DNA from: Callorhinchus milii
Lineage: Eukaryota
NCBI RefSeq assembly: GCF_018977255.1
Contig: NW_024704743.1
Location: forward strand, 112,532,001 to 112,596,000
Direction of reading: 5' to 3'
Length of the DNA: 64,000 bases
The notes beneath the pieces were generated by a model that saw nothing but the letters and a program-made list of their open reading frames with translations, did no database searches and was not told where the DNA came from. The position numbers and the translations under genes were made by a program. Positions 50,202-61,517 of this stretch are shown one piece after another. How positions within the stretch are numbered: the stretch's first letter is position 1; every line of letters starts with the position of its first letter.

Positions 50202-50796
50202 CAGCGCTGTTGAACTATAGAGCCATGAGCCACATGAGGCTCATGAAGGGTCGAGGTGTGGCTCACAGCCAGCTCAGCTTCAGCAGAAAGCATGTGTCTC
50301 AGATAATTCCCAATGCCAATTTGCTTACAGAGACTATTTAAACACATTATATGCAGAGGTAAAAAAGTTTTCAGTCAGGCTTTTTGGAAAATTCATTTCA
50401 AACAGTCATCTAAAATAATACTCATCTGAGTAAAAACAATCACGGTGAAACTCTTTTCAGTGTTCGGAGCGACATACATCTGTGGATCCACATTTTCTGG
50501 GATCACTTTCATCAAAAGAAAACACAGATCTCTCTCTTGACAAACAAACATTTGGTGGCAGAACTGTGCTGTGAGGTTGTACTGTACCAAATTTTCAGAA
50601 ATTGGTTGATAAAAATAACTGTCAAATCTCACGATATCTATTGTTTTGTTTTAGTGTTGCCTTTGCTGAAAAACAGTAATGATATGCTTAGAATAAATCT
50701 TTCAGAGGAAATTCTGCAACATTTTTTGACTGGTGTGATTCACACTGTTGTTCATGAGCCACACATGTCAGTACAAATCTGGGTTCGACAACACCG
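50202..50796 (+). mobile_element. Non-autonomous hAT (Charlie-like) DNA transposon with transposase C-terminal remnant
   Basis: 14-bp imperfect TIRs CAGCGCTGTTGAAC and GTTCGACAACACCG, with a perfect 8-bp TSD TTCTAAAT (50194-50201, 50797-50804). From 50451 it translates LFSVFGATYICGSTFSGITFIKRKHRS, a hAT dimerisation-domain motif. Confidence 0.9.
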
Positions 50797-51792
50797 TTCT
50801 AAATAATAAAGCAAAAGCCAGTAAGAGAGAATGAGCAAGAACCTGAATAATTGTTTTCTCACGCGTTGTTGGGGAAACCTATAGTTCTACTGGGACAATG
50901 CTGGCTGAACAGGTGCAATTCCATCGCCAGCCAAGGTTACTCATACAAAAACCTATAGCCAAAGAAGCTACGAGCCTTGTCTGCCACTTGTGAGATCCAA
51001 AAAATTTCCAAAGTTGTTATGAATTATTATTGCCACAGCTGTTCACTATTAACAAAGCTGGAATGATCAAATGTTTGAGAACTGCGAAGCACCACATCTA
51101 TCATTACCTGGGAGTGTCCCAGTAAGAGCAATAATAATCTTTACATTGGATACAGAATCTACCATGTTAAAACACCTCAAAGTGCTTTACAGGTAATTGG
51201 TGTCAAATGTTGTGACTATTTTTATTGGCCAGAAATGTTAGAAATCCCTAGAAAGCATTCCCTGTAGTATTAGCCCATTGACTGGCTGAAAAGCTTATCT
51301 ATTTCTTTAAACTGAAAATAAATGAAGTTTAAAAAAAAACAGATGAGGTAGAGCTGGTCTTGCAGTATAGACATAGAGCAGGGCTTGTTTAAAACCGGAT
51401 GCATGTAAATGGTATGGACATGTGATATTTGTTTCTCCTCTTGGACAACAATTCATGTTTGTATGGCGCCTGTCAAGTTGGGAGAACACCTCAAAATGCT
51501 ACACAACTGACTGGGTACCTGAGCTGGGTGGGAAGCCAGATCGGTGTTAACATGGTTTTTAAAAGTGGAGAAATTCGCCTACAAATCACAGAGATAACGC
51601 TTTCCAGTAAATCCTGTGAATTGCTTTCCGACATCATCATTGTAAGACACAGTGTCAAATGCAGACATTATTACTTCGATCACAGTTAACCAGCTGAGTT
51701 CAATAGATTTTCACTGATCAGAATAATTCAGTTAACCAAGGCACCTGATCCAACTACTACACTAAATCTTCCAGACTCTGCATTTCCATTAC

Positions 51793-51990
51793 CTCAAGGC
51801 CGGTCTCATGACCTTTCTCTTTGACCGTGCCTTCATCTCCCCTCTCGATTCTCTACTCCCTCCTCGCTCCCTCCCTTCTCTCCCCTCACCCTGACCATTT
51901 CCCCCCTGCTCGGGTCCTGACCCAACTGTCCACCGCCTTGGGACGTCCTCCCGACGTGAAAGGCACTCTATAAATGGAATCTTGTTGTTG
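51793..51990 (+). mobile_element. L2 3' end
   Basis: Same UTR and tail as 15068-15298. Confidence 0.88.
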
Positions 51991-51994
51991 TACC

Positions 51995-52200
51995 TGCCAC
52001 ACAAGGAAGCTTTTTCTTTTACAGAGGATAGTTAGTGATTGTGACAGGTTACTAGGAAAGCTGTTTGAGGTGAACACTTTGGACTCATTTAAGAAACAGC
52101 TTGATGCTGAAATAGGAGGATGGTATAGTGGGTATTCTGGAAAGATGAGATTAAAATGGCCAAATGATCGTCTTTGTCTGAAAGTCTTGTGATCTTGTGG
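51995..52200 (+). mobile_element. Old CR1 3' fragment
   Basis: TRKLFLLQRIVSDCDRLLGKLFEVNTLDSFKKQLD remnant, ending tcttgtgatcttgtg. Confidence 0.7.
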
Positions 52201-53339
52201 TCTCATTTGGAATTGGATTTACCAGTTGATAATTGATCAAGTACATAAGGAAAGTAACAATAGCCTGAATTGAGTTTTCCAATGTAATTTGGGGAAACCT
52301 GCAATCCTGCTGTGATAATGAACATAAGAATATAAGAACATAAGAATGTGTTAGGTGAAAGAAGACCAAGGTCCATCCAGCTCGCCTTCCACCATCCTGG
52401 CAGTCACATGGACTCGTCATCTCCCAAACTATGATGGACAGGTGTAATTCCATCTCCAGGCAAGTGTAGTCATAGCAGACATACAGCCAAAGAAGATACG
52501 AGATTCAAAGCTATGAGTCTGCCACATATGAGGTCCAAAAATTAGTGAAAATAGTTATTAATTATTTTCACAGCTGCTCAGTATTAATACTTTTGGACAG
52601 AGGAAACCTCAGAGCTGAAAAACACCACACATCTATCAACATCAGGGCATGCCAACTTATCTGCAAGAAATGGCTACAAGATCTTCTTCAGCTACAGTGA
52701 CTTGAGGAGCTGAGGAGCTTATCTACTTAAAAGACTAGATGTGAATTTACCCATATTCTCGCACATTATTCCACTGGAACAAAAAACAGAACCAGGGGCT
52801 GATTGTCAAAACACTCCTGAAAAGATAAAAGACAAATCATGACAAGCTAATACAAAGCAAAGGTTTATAAAATATTTTGAAGTTTTAAAACTTTTTTCCG
52901 TCCCAATGAAGAATTGTCAGTCAGGGCCTCCTTTCTCTGCAGGGAATCACTTACCTTAATTCCAACTGCAGGAACATCAGTCAGTAACAGCAGGGAATTC
53001 CATAGATTGGCATCCTTTCTGGGTTTCCTGAACAAGAACCAGTACAAGATAAAAATGCAATACCAGCCAAGAGCTGCTGTATACTCAACTTATTGTGTCT
53101 GGTAATGAAGCCTTTTGATTAGTATCCACAACAGATGCCAACTGATAGAACGCCCTGTGGAGTCATTCATTGACATGTGGTTCACATTAAGTAAACATCC
53201 AAAGTAATTGATCTCTATCGGCTAATGGACACTTGTTAATCACATATGTTGTTGCCTTTTGTTTCCATATCCATTATCTTAATTTTTTCCCACAGCAATC
53301 ATTCCTGTCATTTCTTTGGCCTGTCAGCATTTCTGTGAA

Positions 53340-53680
53340 CACAATACAAAATTACATTTGTTTAGCACCTTTCACGTCGGGAGGATGTCCCAAGGCACTG
53401 GACAGTCAGGGATTTGGACCTGAGCATTGGGGGAGGGGTTGGATCAGGGAGGGTGGAGGGCAGAGAGGGCAGGAGGATGGTCAAAGGCGTAGTTGAAGAG
53501 TATGGTCTTGAGACATGCCTTGAAGGAATGGACAGATTGATATGGGGTGAGGAGGTCACAGAGATAGGAAGGAGCAAGGCTATAGGAGGGCCTTGAAGGC
53601 GAGGATGATGATTTTGAACTCTATCCTGTGGGTAATGGGGAGCCAGTGGAGTTGGCCAAGGGTGAGGGTGATAGGGTCAA
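53340..53680 (-). mobile_element. L2 3' fragment
   Basis: acaatacaaaattacatttg...tttcacgtcgggaggatgtcccaagg tail, plus ggggagccagtggag (LHWLP). Confidence 0.8.
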
Positions 53681-54990
53681 ATGGTTCACACAAAAAAAAT
53701 GTGAGAGGGTAACCTACGGTGGTGAAACAGCTATTTATGGGCTGAAATTCCATTTGCTACATGAATTTCCCCATTATAATCCCACATCACCAAAGGTACT
53801 ATGCATACTGACACTAGAATACCACCACACTGGAGGGCTGATCAGTCAATACAACGATTAAAGAAAGAGGAGGGTATCAACAATCTGTATTGATTATCAA
53901 AAGGGAAGTCATGCACAAGCAGAAGATTAACACCGGTGCCATTAGGTCAATCCTGCAACATTTTTCAGGGTTGATGTTGGAAATGATGAGTACTGGACAA
54001 CATAGTTGAACAGCAGCCCAATGAGTTGGGTGTCCAGTGAGAGCAGTAATACCATGAACTCCATAGAACGCATACCTTATCCAAGCACAATTTTAATCCG
54101 AAACAAAATGCTAATGTAAGAAGCCACTTCCCAATTATGTAGTATTTCTGATCCAAACATAACAATTAAATGCAAAAATCCAGATCCAAGGATGAATTAT
54201 CCAAAATATCCAGTTATTAGGACTCAGCACATTAAACACAGTAACCCATTGTTAATTTTTACCCACAGTCGTCTAGAAATGTTCTGTTAAACAACTTGTT
54301 TGGAAGCATTTCCTATTGCATGTTAGACTGAATTGCAAAACTAGTGAATCAGATGAGTTGTGGCATAAAGATTTACAGCAGGCTATTTATATCTACAGTT
54401 CATAGAAATTCTGATCCAAGCAATATCGTGATTCAAGCATGACATTTCTTGGTGAAATAGTCATACAGCATTATTTCACTGTATAATTCAACACAGTCAG
54501 GTCCTACAGACCTACCAAAATGGATAAACATTTCAGAATGATAGCAAATTCATTGTTCCTTAAATACCATGAAAAGAGCTGGAGCTGGTGAAGACTTTGT
54601 TCTGCTCATCCAGACTTTCAACAGCAGGTTTCCTCGCTAATTTTCTAACTGTTTAGTCTATTGACTTACACGCCACAACAATCTATTTTGCAAGACTGCA
54701 TTTATGTTCAAATAGGCACATCAAACTATCATTTTCATTTGAAATTAAAGAATGATAATTACACAGTTTACCAGTACACAATAGTGGAAAGTTTCATGTT
54801 CACCTGTTCAGCTGATACTTCACCACAGATTAGAGCTTTCACTTACAGGATTGAGAATCTCCAACTCATGGATGACACAGACAAGATAGTCAATTAATAA
54901 TGCCCTGGGCAGAATATTCTAAAAATGGGTGGCAATGCCCATCAGCAATCTCATTCATACATTCCTAAATATAAAATATGCAACAGAACA

Positions 54991-55434
54991 GTGTGTCAGT
55001 CTGTCTCAGTTGGTCACACACTGACCTCTGAGTCAGAAGGTTGCGGGTTCAAGCCCCACATCGGGATTTGGACTCATACAGTCTAAAAAGCTGACACTCC
55101 AATGCAGGGCTTGGGGAGTCTTGTATTGTCAGAAGCGCCGTCCTTCAAATGAGAAGTTAAACTGAGGTCCCGCCTGGCTGTTCAGGTGGACACTAAAGAT
55201 CCCATGGCACTACTCAAAAAGAGAACGGAATTTCTCCCGGTGTCCTGGCCAATAATTCACCCCCCAAATAAAAATTATGGATTTGTTTCTTGGCTATTTG
55301 TGGGACTTTGCTTTGCACAATTGGGCTGCCACATTTGCCTTGCAATCATTTCACTTTACTGTGAAGCGCTTTGGGATGTCCTACTAATGTAAAAGGCACT
55401 ATGTCTAATCCAAAGAACATTATTATCATTATTG
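54991..55434 (+). mobile_element. SINE family B, full length (SacSINE1-like DeuSINE)
   Basis: tRNA head (ctcagttgg...gggttcaagcccc), complete Deu-like body, L2-like tail gtgaagcgctttgggatgtcc. Confidence 0.85.
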
Positions 55435-55580
55435 TTAGACTACCACAAATATTCTACTGAGGATCAGCCTAAATAAGCTCCTGGCTATACCTGCTCCAGT
55501 TTATATAGTCTTTAAGTGTTCCATACTCTTATGTTTCTAGCTCCTTTCCGCAGCTTGCACCTGCAGCAAATAGTAAAACA

Positions 55581-55597
55581 CTGACACCTAGTGGCAG
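55581..55597 (-). promoter_or_regulatory. Candidate CTCF binding site
   Basis: Minus strand CTGCCACTAGGTGTCAG closely matches the CTCF core consensus. It lies in unique sequence just downstream of GDAP1. Confidence 0.5.
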
Positions 55598-55719
55598 TGT
55601 TCACAGAGGTTTACTGTATTTGGGAGCATAATAAAAGAACGGCACAATTTTTCAAATTTTATGATCGAGCACTAATTCATTTTTGAAAGACCAACTTTCC
55701 TCCTACCCCCAACACACAT

Positions 55720-56305
55720 GGTTTGAGCACTCGCCTCACATGCGAGAGGATCTGGGTTCGATTCCCAGGCAGGGCGATAGGCAAGTTTACTTACTCCACA
55801 AGTCACTGTTTACCTAGAAGAAACTCTTACCCACGCATTCGTCACATCAAGACTCGATTACGGGAACTCCCTCCTCATCGGCCTTCCCAACTCTTCCCCT
55901 CACAAGCTGCAAATCATCCAAAACTCTGCAGCTCATGTACTCTCACGCACCAGGCTCCGTGACCCCATCACTCCCACCCTCACCCGACTCCACTGGCTCC
56001 CCAACCCCTAGAGGATCGAGATCAGGATCCTCGTCCTCACCTTTAAGGCCATCCATGGCCTTGCCCCCTCCTACCTCTCTGACCTGCTGACTTCCTACCA
56101 ACCTGCAATAATCCCTTCAAAACTTTTTGTTGAGTAATAATAATTCCGTCACTTGATCCAAAACTGTTTGTGGACACTGCTGTGTGCATTTCGACCACAA
56201 AATACACAGTCAATTCACTTTACAGTATATACTGTGAAGCGCTTTGAAACGTCTCAAAGACGTGATAAGGCGCTGTATCAAATGCAAGGATTATTATTAT
56301 TATTA
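55720..56305 (+). mobile_element. SINE family A carrying an internal tail-less L2 segment (~55820-56106)
   Basis: SINE head to gtttacctag, then L2 ORF2 sequence (ETLTHAFVTSRLDY..LHWLP), then the SINE resumes at aataatcccttc. Confidence 0.8.
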
Positions 56306-56469
56306 ATGACTGTTTAACTGCCGCAGATAGACTGACTAGTTTAGCCCCTCACTTCTCAATTTCTGCTGAAAGGACGGAAAATGGATTGTTTAGCTTGCAG
56401 ATGAGGAATTAGAAAATTAACATAAATATTTGGAATAGTTCCAAATTGAAGAACAAAACCAGACAACTA

Positions 56470-57289
56470 TTTATTACAACGTAAATACATGATTTTTTCT
56501 GTGTTTGTTCTCCAAAAACACCATAAACTCTATTCATTGCTGTGACACTGTGTATCACAATATTAAATTGCTGGTTTAGGCCAGAATTTCAGGATATAAA
56601 ACTGTTCCAAAGGGAGTTTCAACTCATACCATTATTTTAAGGTCCCGACAAATAGGTTTATTTTAGTAAAAATAAAGATTGAAGCATATTATGCAAGTTT
56701 ACCATTTAACCCTTTTTTATTGGTTTTAAATACAGATATTACCTACAGAATTGTTATTCTCAATGTAACACCACAGCTTATCAAGTTAACAGAGTTCAGC
56801 AGTTATAACCAGGCTATCCATTGTATACAACATCACAGACAAATTCAGTAACATGATCAAGAGCTGTTAGAAAAGAGACATGAATAGCATCTATGTGCGC
56901 TCAGGTGAATGGATATCAATTAATCCACAACCCAAAGAGTTCACAACGACACTACACAACTTTCAAGTAACATTTCAACTCTTATAAATTACTGTAACCC
57001 AGTAAGAAGTGAGAACAAAACTAAAGTGGGCTGCAATATGGATTGGAGTGAAATGGGTTCAAGATTTCGAGAGATTACAGAGAATGAATTGCACAGCAGA
57101 TATACGTTGAATACTACAAAATGGATTTCGCTGAAGTTAACATTTATTTAAACTGTCACTTTATATCAATGAATTAGTAGTTACCTCAACATTCTTTACT
57201 GATGCTTGGTAATTGTCCTATCAATTCGAATATATAATACTCGAAGGACATCTTCAGTTAGACTCCTATTAAGCTAGCACTGATAAAAT
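56470..57289 (-). other. GDAP1: Probable GDAP1 3' UTR with candidate AATAAA polyadenylation signals
   Basis: Repeat-free AT-rich stretch after the stop codon. AATAAA on the minus strand at 57143-57148, 56716-56721, 56657-56662 and 56470-56475. The site actually used is unknown. Confidence 0.55.
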
Positions 57290-57633
57290 CTAGGATAGTC
57301 GCTTTTTAAGGTACAAGAAAGCAAAGTACCCTATTCCGCCCAGCAGACCTACCATAAAAGTAGCCCCTAAAAAGGAGGGAGCTCTTTTCTTAGCTACTCG
57401 AAAAGCAGTAGGTAACACTGCAGAGAGTAAAATGTTGTTCACATTTCCCAAAACTCTTCGGAATGTCTTTCTCTGTAACACGCGCTCGTAGTACGATTCT
57501 AAATTTGGCCGTCTTCCATTTCCCCAGTATCTTCTGGCAAGTCCAAGGAACTTTAGCCGATGCACTGTTACAGCAAGAGACACGTCTGCAAGACTAAAGA
57601 ACTCACCGCAGAGCCATGGCTGATGTCCTTCCT
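57290..57633 (-). CDS. GDAP1: GDAP1 last coding exon (GST C-terminal part, hydrophobic domain, mitochondrial tail anchor), TAG stop at 57290-57292
   Basis: (E)EGHQPWLCGEFFSLADVSLAVTVHRLKFLGLARRYWGNGRRPNLESYYERVLQRKTFRRVLGNVNNILLSAVLPTAFRVAKKRAPSFLGATFMVGLLGGIGYFAFLYLKKRLS*. Acceptor gagcag. Matches ORF 57290..57583. Confidence 0.96.
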
Positions 57634-57777
57634 CTGCTCAAGAAACAAAGGGAAGCTTAGCATCAACAAGTCATCATCATCAATACTGCCATAGGAATCT
57701 ATCAATATATTTCAAATTCAATTACAAGCTTCCATAACCATTCAGGCTTAAGCTACAGGAGTTCCGTTGCACAAAGT

Positions 57778-57898
57778 GTAATAATAATATTAATTCTTGC
57801 AGTTGATCTAGCACCTTATCATTTTTTTGAGATGTATCAAAGCGCTTCACAGAATATACTGTAAAGTGAATTGACTGTATAGTCTGTGGGCGAAACGT
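57778..57898 (-). mobile_element. SINE family A 3' part in GDAP1 intron 5
   Basis: aaagcgcttcacagaatatactgtaaagtgaattgactgta. Confidence 0.78.
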
Positions 57899-58440
57899 AT
57901 ACATTTAACTTCAAGCTACACAGAATTGCTATTTACGTCCAATTGGGCATCTACACGTTTCTCCTGCCACTGTGGAAATAGTACAAAAGTATGAGGGAAA
58001 TTGTTACGCAACACAACAAAGATGTTTTAAATTGTAACCATCCTCATGGACACTATTGAGGTGTTACAGGATGCACGATGTAGATATTCAACATCACACT
58101 GGTGCAGTACATTGGTCATCCAACTCAGCGTTTCATACACTGCTTGGGTGCAGATTCACTTGTCAATCTCCAAGAGGGGAATTTCTGATCTCAGGCATTT
58201 CATCCAGAAGAGGCTTCTCCCCACAAGACAAAATGAAAAGTTAAAATCAGGTCTTCCTCAGTCTGTTCTTGTGCCAATAGATAGTTTAAGGCCACAATAT
58301 GCCCATCAGTGCCTGCTGGACAACTCCATTCAAGAATAATGAACTCTGTAGAATAAACTGAAAAAAAATAAACTGGAAAAGTACTGAAACTAAAAACCAG
58401 TTCAACAAGTAACCTCATTTAACACACAAATGTCAGATAC

Positions 58441-58555
58441 CTGGAGTTTCCTCGATTCTCCTCTGCAGCTCTGTCTCCACTTGGTCAAGAACATTTTCCA
58501 GCTCAGTGAGGATTTTTTTCAAGTATTTTACATTATCGTGATCCCTTATCTTGGA
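58441..58555 (-). CDS. GDAP1: GDAP1 coding exon 5
   Basis: SKIRDHDNVKYLKKILTELENVLDQVETELQRRIEETP. Acceptor ctaccag, donor gtatct, 115 bp. Confidence 0.95.
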
Positions 58556-59386
58556 CTGGTAGCAAACAAAAATCAATTAGAAGGAAAATTCACAAGAGAT
58601 TCACAGATTAAAAAAACACCTCCAGTATTTGCTAACACCTTTGCAGAATACCCACAGGTCTCCTAATTACAAGCTCAAGATGTTCCTTAAATGAGTCTAG
58701 TTTGCTGGCTCTACCATCCTTCCTGATAACCAATCATAGCTGTTAATTACTATGTAAAAAGTAATACTTTCTGTAGTCTGTTGTAAAATTGCACCTGTAA
58801 ACCTGTGCATTCTTGTCCTCAAAGAGTTAATCAATGGACCATTTTGTGGTGAGAGTCTGTTTAACATCTCCATTAGTATGTTCAAAATGAGCAGTTCTAA
58901 TCTTCAATCCTGCCTTTAATTTGAAAACCTATTCCCTTTAATTCTGCCATCATGATTAATTGCATCCGCATCATCCATGACACATCATTTTAAATCATGC
59001 CGCTCTCATTCTTTCTGCTGTCAGCTCTTTGAACCCAACTTCATTCTCCCAGGATCATCCTTATTGCTCTCTTTTGTGATCTTGCTTCAAAATTAAGCTG
59101 GTCCAGGTTACAAAGGGATGCCTGAAACTGGACATTGTACAGCATGATTTTGTTAGGGATAAGGATAGCTTTGAATGTATAAGTGAAAATAATGTTTATA
59201 TATTTTGCTAAGCTTTTTAATTGTTAGTGATATTTTATGGAGGGGTATGGGTTAGGATTGTATTGATTTGTACTTTTTGTACAATCAAGTCAAGTCAAAA
59301 CCTCCACAAAGACAAAATAATTATTGATTTACAGAATATTCTTGCCCTAAACAGAGAGCGTAACATTCATTTCACAAAGCACTTAC

Positions 59387-59481
59387 TTTAATTTGTTTTT
59401 GTTTTGTCAAATATGCTTCCCGCAATTCCGGGTGCTCCTCAGCAAGCTTCTTCAATTCAGATTCAGTGTTTTCAATCTGAC
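59387..59481 (-). CDS. GDAP1: GDAP1 coding exon 4
   Basis: (S)QIENTESELKKLAEEHPELREAYLTKQKQIK. Acceptor ttatcag, donor gtaagt, 95 bp. Confidence 0.95.
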
Positions 59482-60043
59482 CTGATAACAATGAAAGTAC
59501 TCAGCAGGTTTCAATATCGCATACAGGTGGGAAGGCGTGATTTCAATTTGAATTGAAAAGTTGGAGTTTGACTTCTAAGTTCACCTTCAATGACTATACT
59601 TACTGCAGCCTATTCAAGACACTAAATCAAATATCTGAATCAGTGTTTAGATCTGGCCACACAGTGCCCATATCATTATTGATCAGAACTTGGCAAATTC
59701 ATTTAAAAAAATCCCACTGATTGCAAAATTAATGATTAATGGGCCAAACTGATCAATCCGCATTTAGAAACCATCTCACACTGGATGACTGATGTTACTT
59801 AGATAGAAGCTCATGCTCTTTGGCAGAATTCAAATTTGCAGCCTTCTGGAGCAGAACGATTAAACTGAGTGTTTAAGAACATTTTAAAGCTTAAGAAAAA
59901 TGATTACTGAAAGATAATAAATTGCCAGTTACTTTATCCTACAATTTTATTTAATTTCTATTGGGCAAATGGATTTAGGTATTAATAATCCTGACGGTTG
60001 ATATAACGACTTTCAAGTTGGAGGACTTCTCAAAGCAAAATTT

Positions 60044-60373
60044 GTGGAGTCCTGTAGCTCAGTGGTTAGAGCACTCGCTTTGCAAGCGAGAGACCTGAGT
60101 TCAATTCCAGGCAGAGGGCGAAACCTTGGGCAAGTTTCCTTACTCCACACAGAGCCTAATAATAATCCCTCCAAAACCCAAAACAATAATAAATTGGTCA
60201 TCTTCAATCTACGACTGTTTGTGGGACATTGCTGTGCGCAATTGGCTGCCGCGTTCGCCCACAAATATAGTCAATTCACTTTACAGTGTGTTCTGTGAAG
60301 CGCTTTGGGACGTCCTCCCGACGTGAAAAGCGCTATATCAAATGCAAGGATTATTATTATTATTATTATTATT
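60044..60373 (+). mobile_element. SINE family A, young copy in GDAP1 intron 3
   Basis: Intact A/B boxes and CpG-rich body. TSD AAAATTT at 60037-60043 and 60374-60380. Confidence 0.93.
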
Positions 60374-60540
60374 AAAATTTCAAAAATTGACTCAGAATTT
60401 TAATTCTTTCATACAATTAAAAGAAACTATTGTAAGGGGATTTTTTTAATGAAAGCTAATAAACACAGTGTGAGTCCTTGAAAAACATGCTTGTGCTATA
60501 TAATTGCTGGTCAATTGGACACTGCAATATAAATGTAAAC

Positions 60541-60556
60541 AGCGCCACCTGGTAGA
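60541..60556 (-). promoter_or_regulatory. Candidate CTCF binding site in GDAP1 intron 3
   Basis: Minus strand TCTACCAGGTGGCGCT matches the CTCF core CCAGGTGGCGC. Confidence 0.45.
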
Positions 60557-60779
60557 TAAATCACACAACAGCATCCCAGATTATCCTTTAATGGAAGGAC
60601 CAATGCACTTGAATGAACATTTCAGCAAACTCACCCATTCTCACAATATTTATAATTTGCCAAATCCCTTGAAAACATTTTTTATGTTGAATAAAATTCA
60701 AGAAATATGAAAATGTATTTATCAGTGATCATCTTACATAGAAATGAGCTGGACCACAAAATACTTGACACGATTTATG

Positions 60780-60960
60780 TCCCTCAATCCCTTCGCCTCG
60801 CACCCTCTTTCCCCATCTTCAAGACTTTCCTCTTCGACCGTGTCTAAGGTCACCTTCCCTCTCCCCCTGGCTCAGCCTCAGGCTCCGCCATTGTTAAGTG
60901 CTCTGAGATGCCGCCCAGCATGGTGGGCACTATATAAATGCAAGTTAGTGTTGCTGTTAT
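60780..60960 (+). mobile_element. L2 3' end in GDAP1 intron 3
   Basis: aagactttcctcttcgacc ... ctctgagatgccgcccagcatgg...tatataaatgcaag. Confidence 0.8.
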
Positions 60961-61130
60961 TGGTATGTCAGTTTTACTGTATTAATTGGTCCATTGCAAT
61001 AAAAATTCAATACTTGTCAAACTCCATTTGACAGAATGGTGTGAGCCAGTCAGGGTCATAAAACTAGAGAATAGATGCTCAAGCATAAAACAGAAAGATA
61101 TCTAACTGGTTATTGTTACTGTGCACTTAC

Positions 61131-61304
61131 TGCGAATTCTAGTGGTTGCATATGCAGGTATCAAGGAGCCCATGGTTAATTCTGGATGAAGAATGCATCC
61201 ATGGGTATAAGCATCCATAGGGAGCGAGTCCAGGAGTTCTCGATAATGCTGCACACGTGGGTAATACAGGCTTCCTTCGTCTGGAATCAGTTTGGGGATG
61301 TTTG
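61131..61304 (-). CDS. GDAP1: GDAP1 coding exon 3
   Basis: Hand translation gives (A)NIPKLIPDEGSLYYPRVQHYRELLDSLPMDAYTHGCILHPELTMGSLIPAYATTRIR(S). Acceptor tttcag, donor gtaagt, 174 bp. Phase 1 joins exon 2. Confidence 0.96.
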
Positions 61305-61517
61305 CTGAAAGAAGTCATATAACATATGGCATTTTTATTAGAGTATACAAGAGCAGAGGAAAATAAAAAGGACAATTTTGTAAGAAAATTGATTTTTAAT
61401 GAATACCTGTGAAACGAAAGGCCGGCGAGTTTTATTTTACACTTAACTGCAACCTAAAATTAAAGGTTTTTAGTTTTTGCAAACTTTTATTTGATTTATC
61501 TTTAAAAATTAGTGATA

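Noticed and set aside
57634..57639. GAGCAG tandem (NAGNAG) acceptor giving a one-residue isoform
   Set aside because: GAG acceptors are rarely used, and the CAG site gives the conserved TPEEG junction. There is no evidence for the alternative.
60044..60125. tRNA-Ala gene
   Set aside because: It continues into a SINE body and (ATT)n tail with a TSD, is multi-copy, and has no oligo-T terminator after the cloverleaf.
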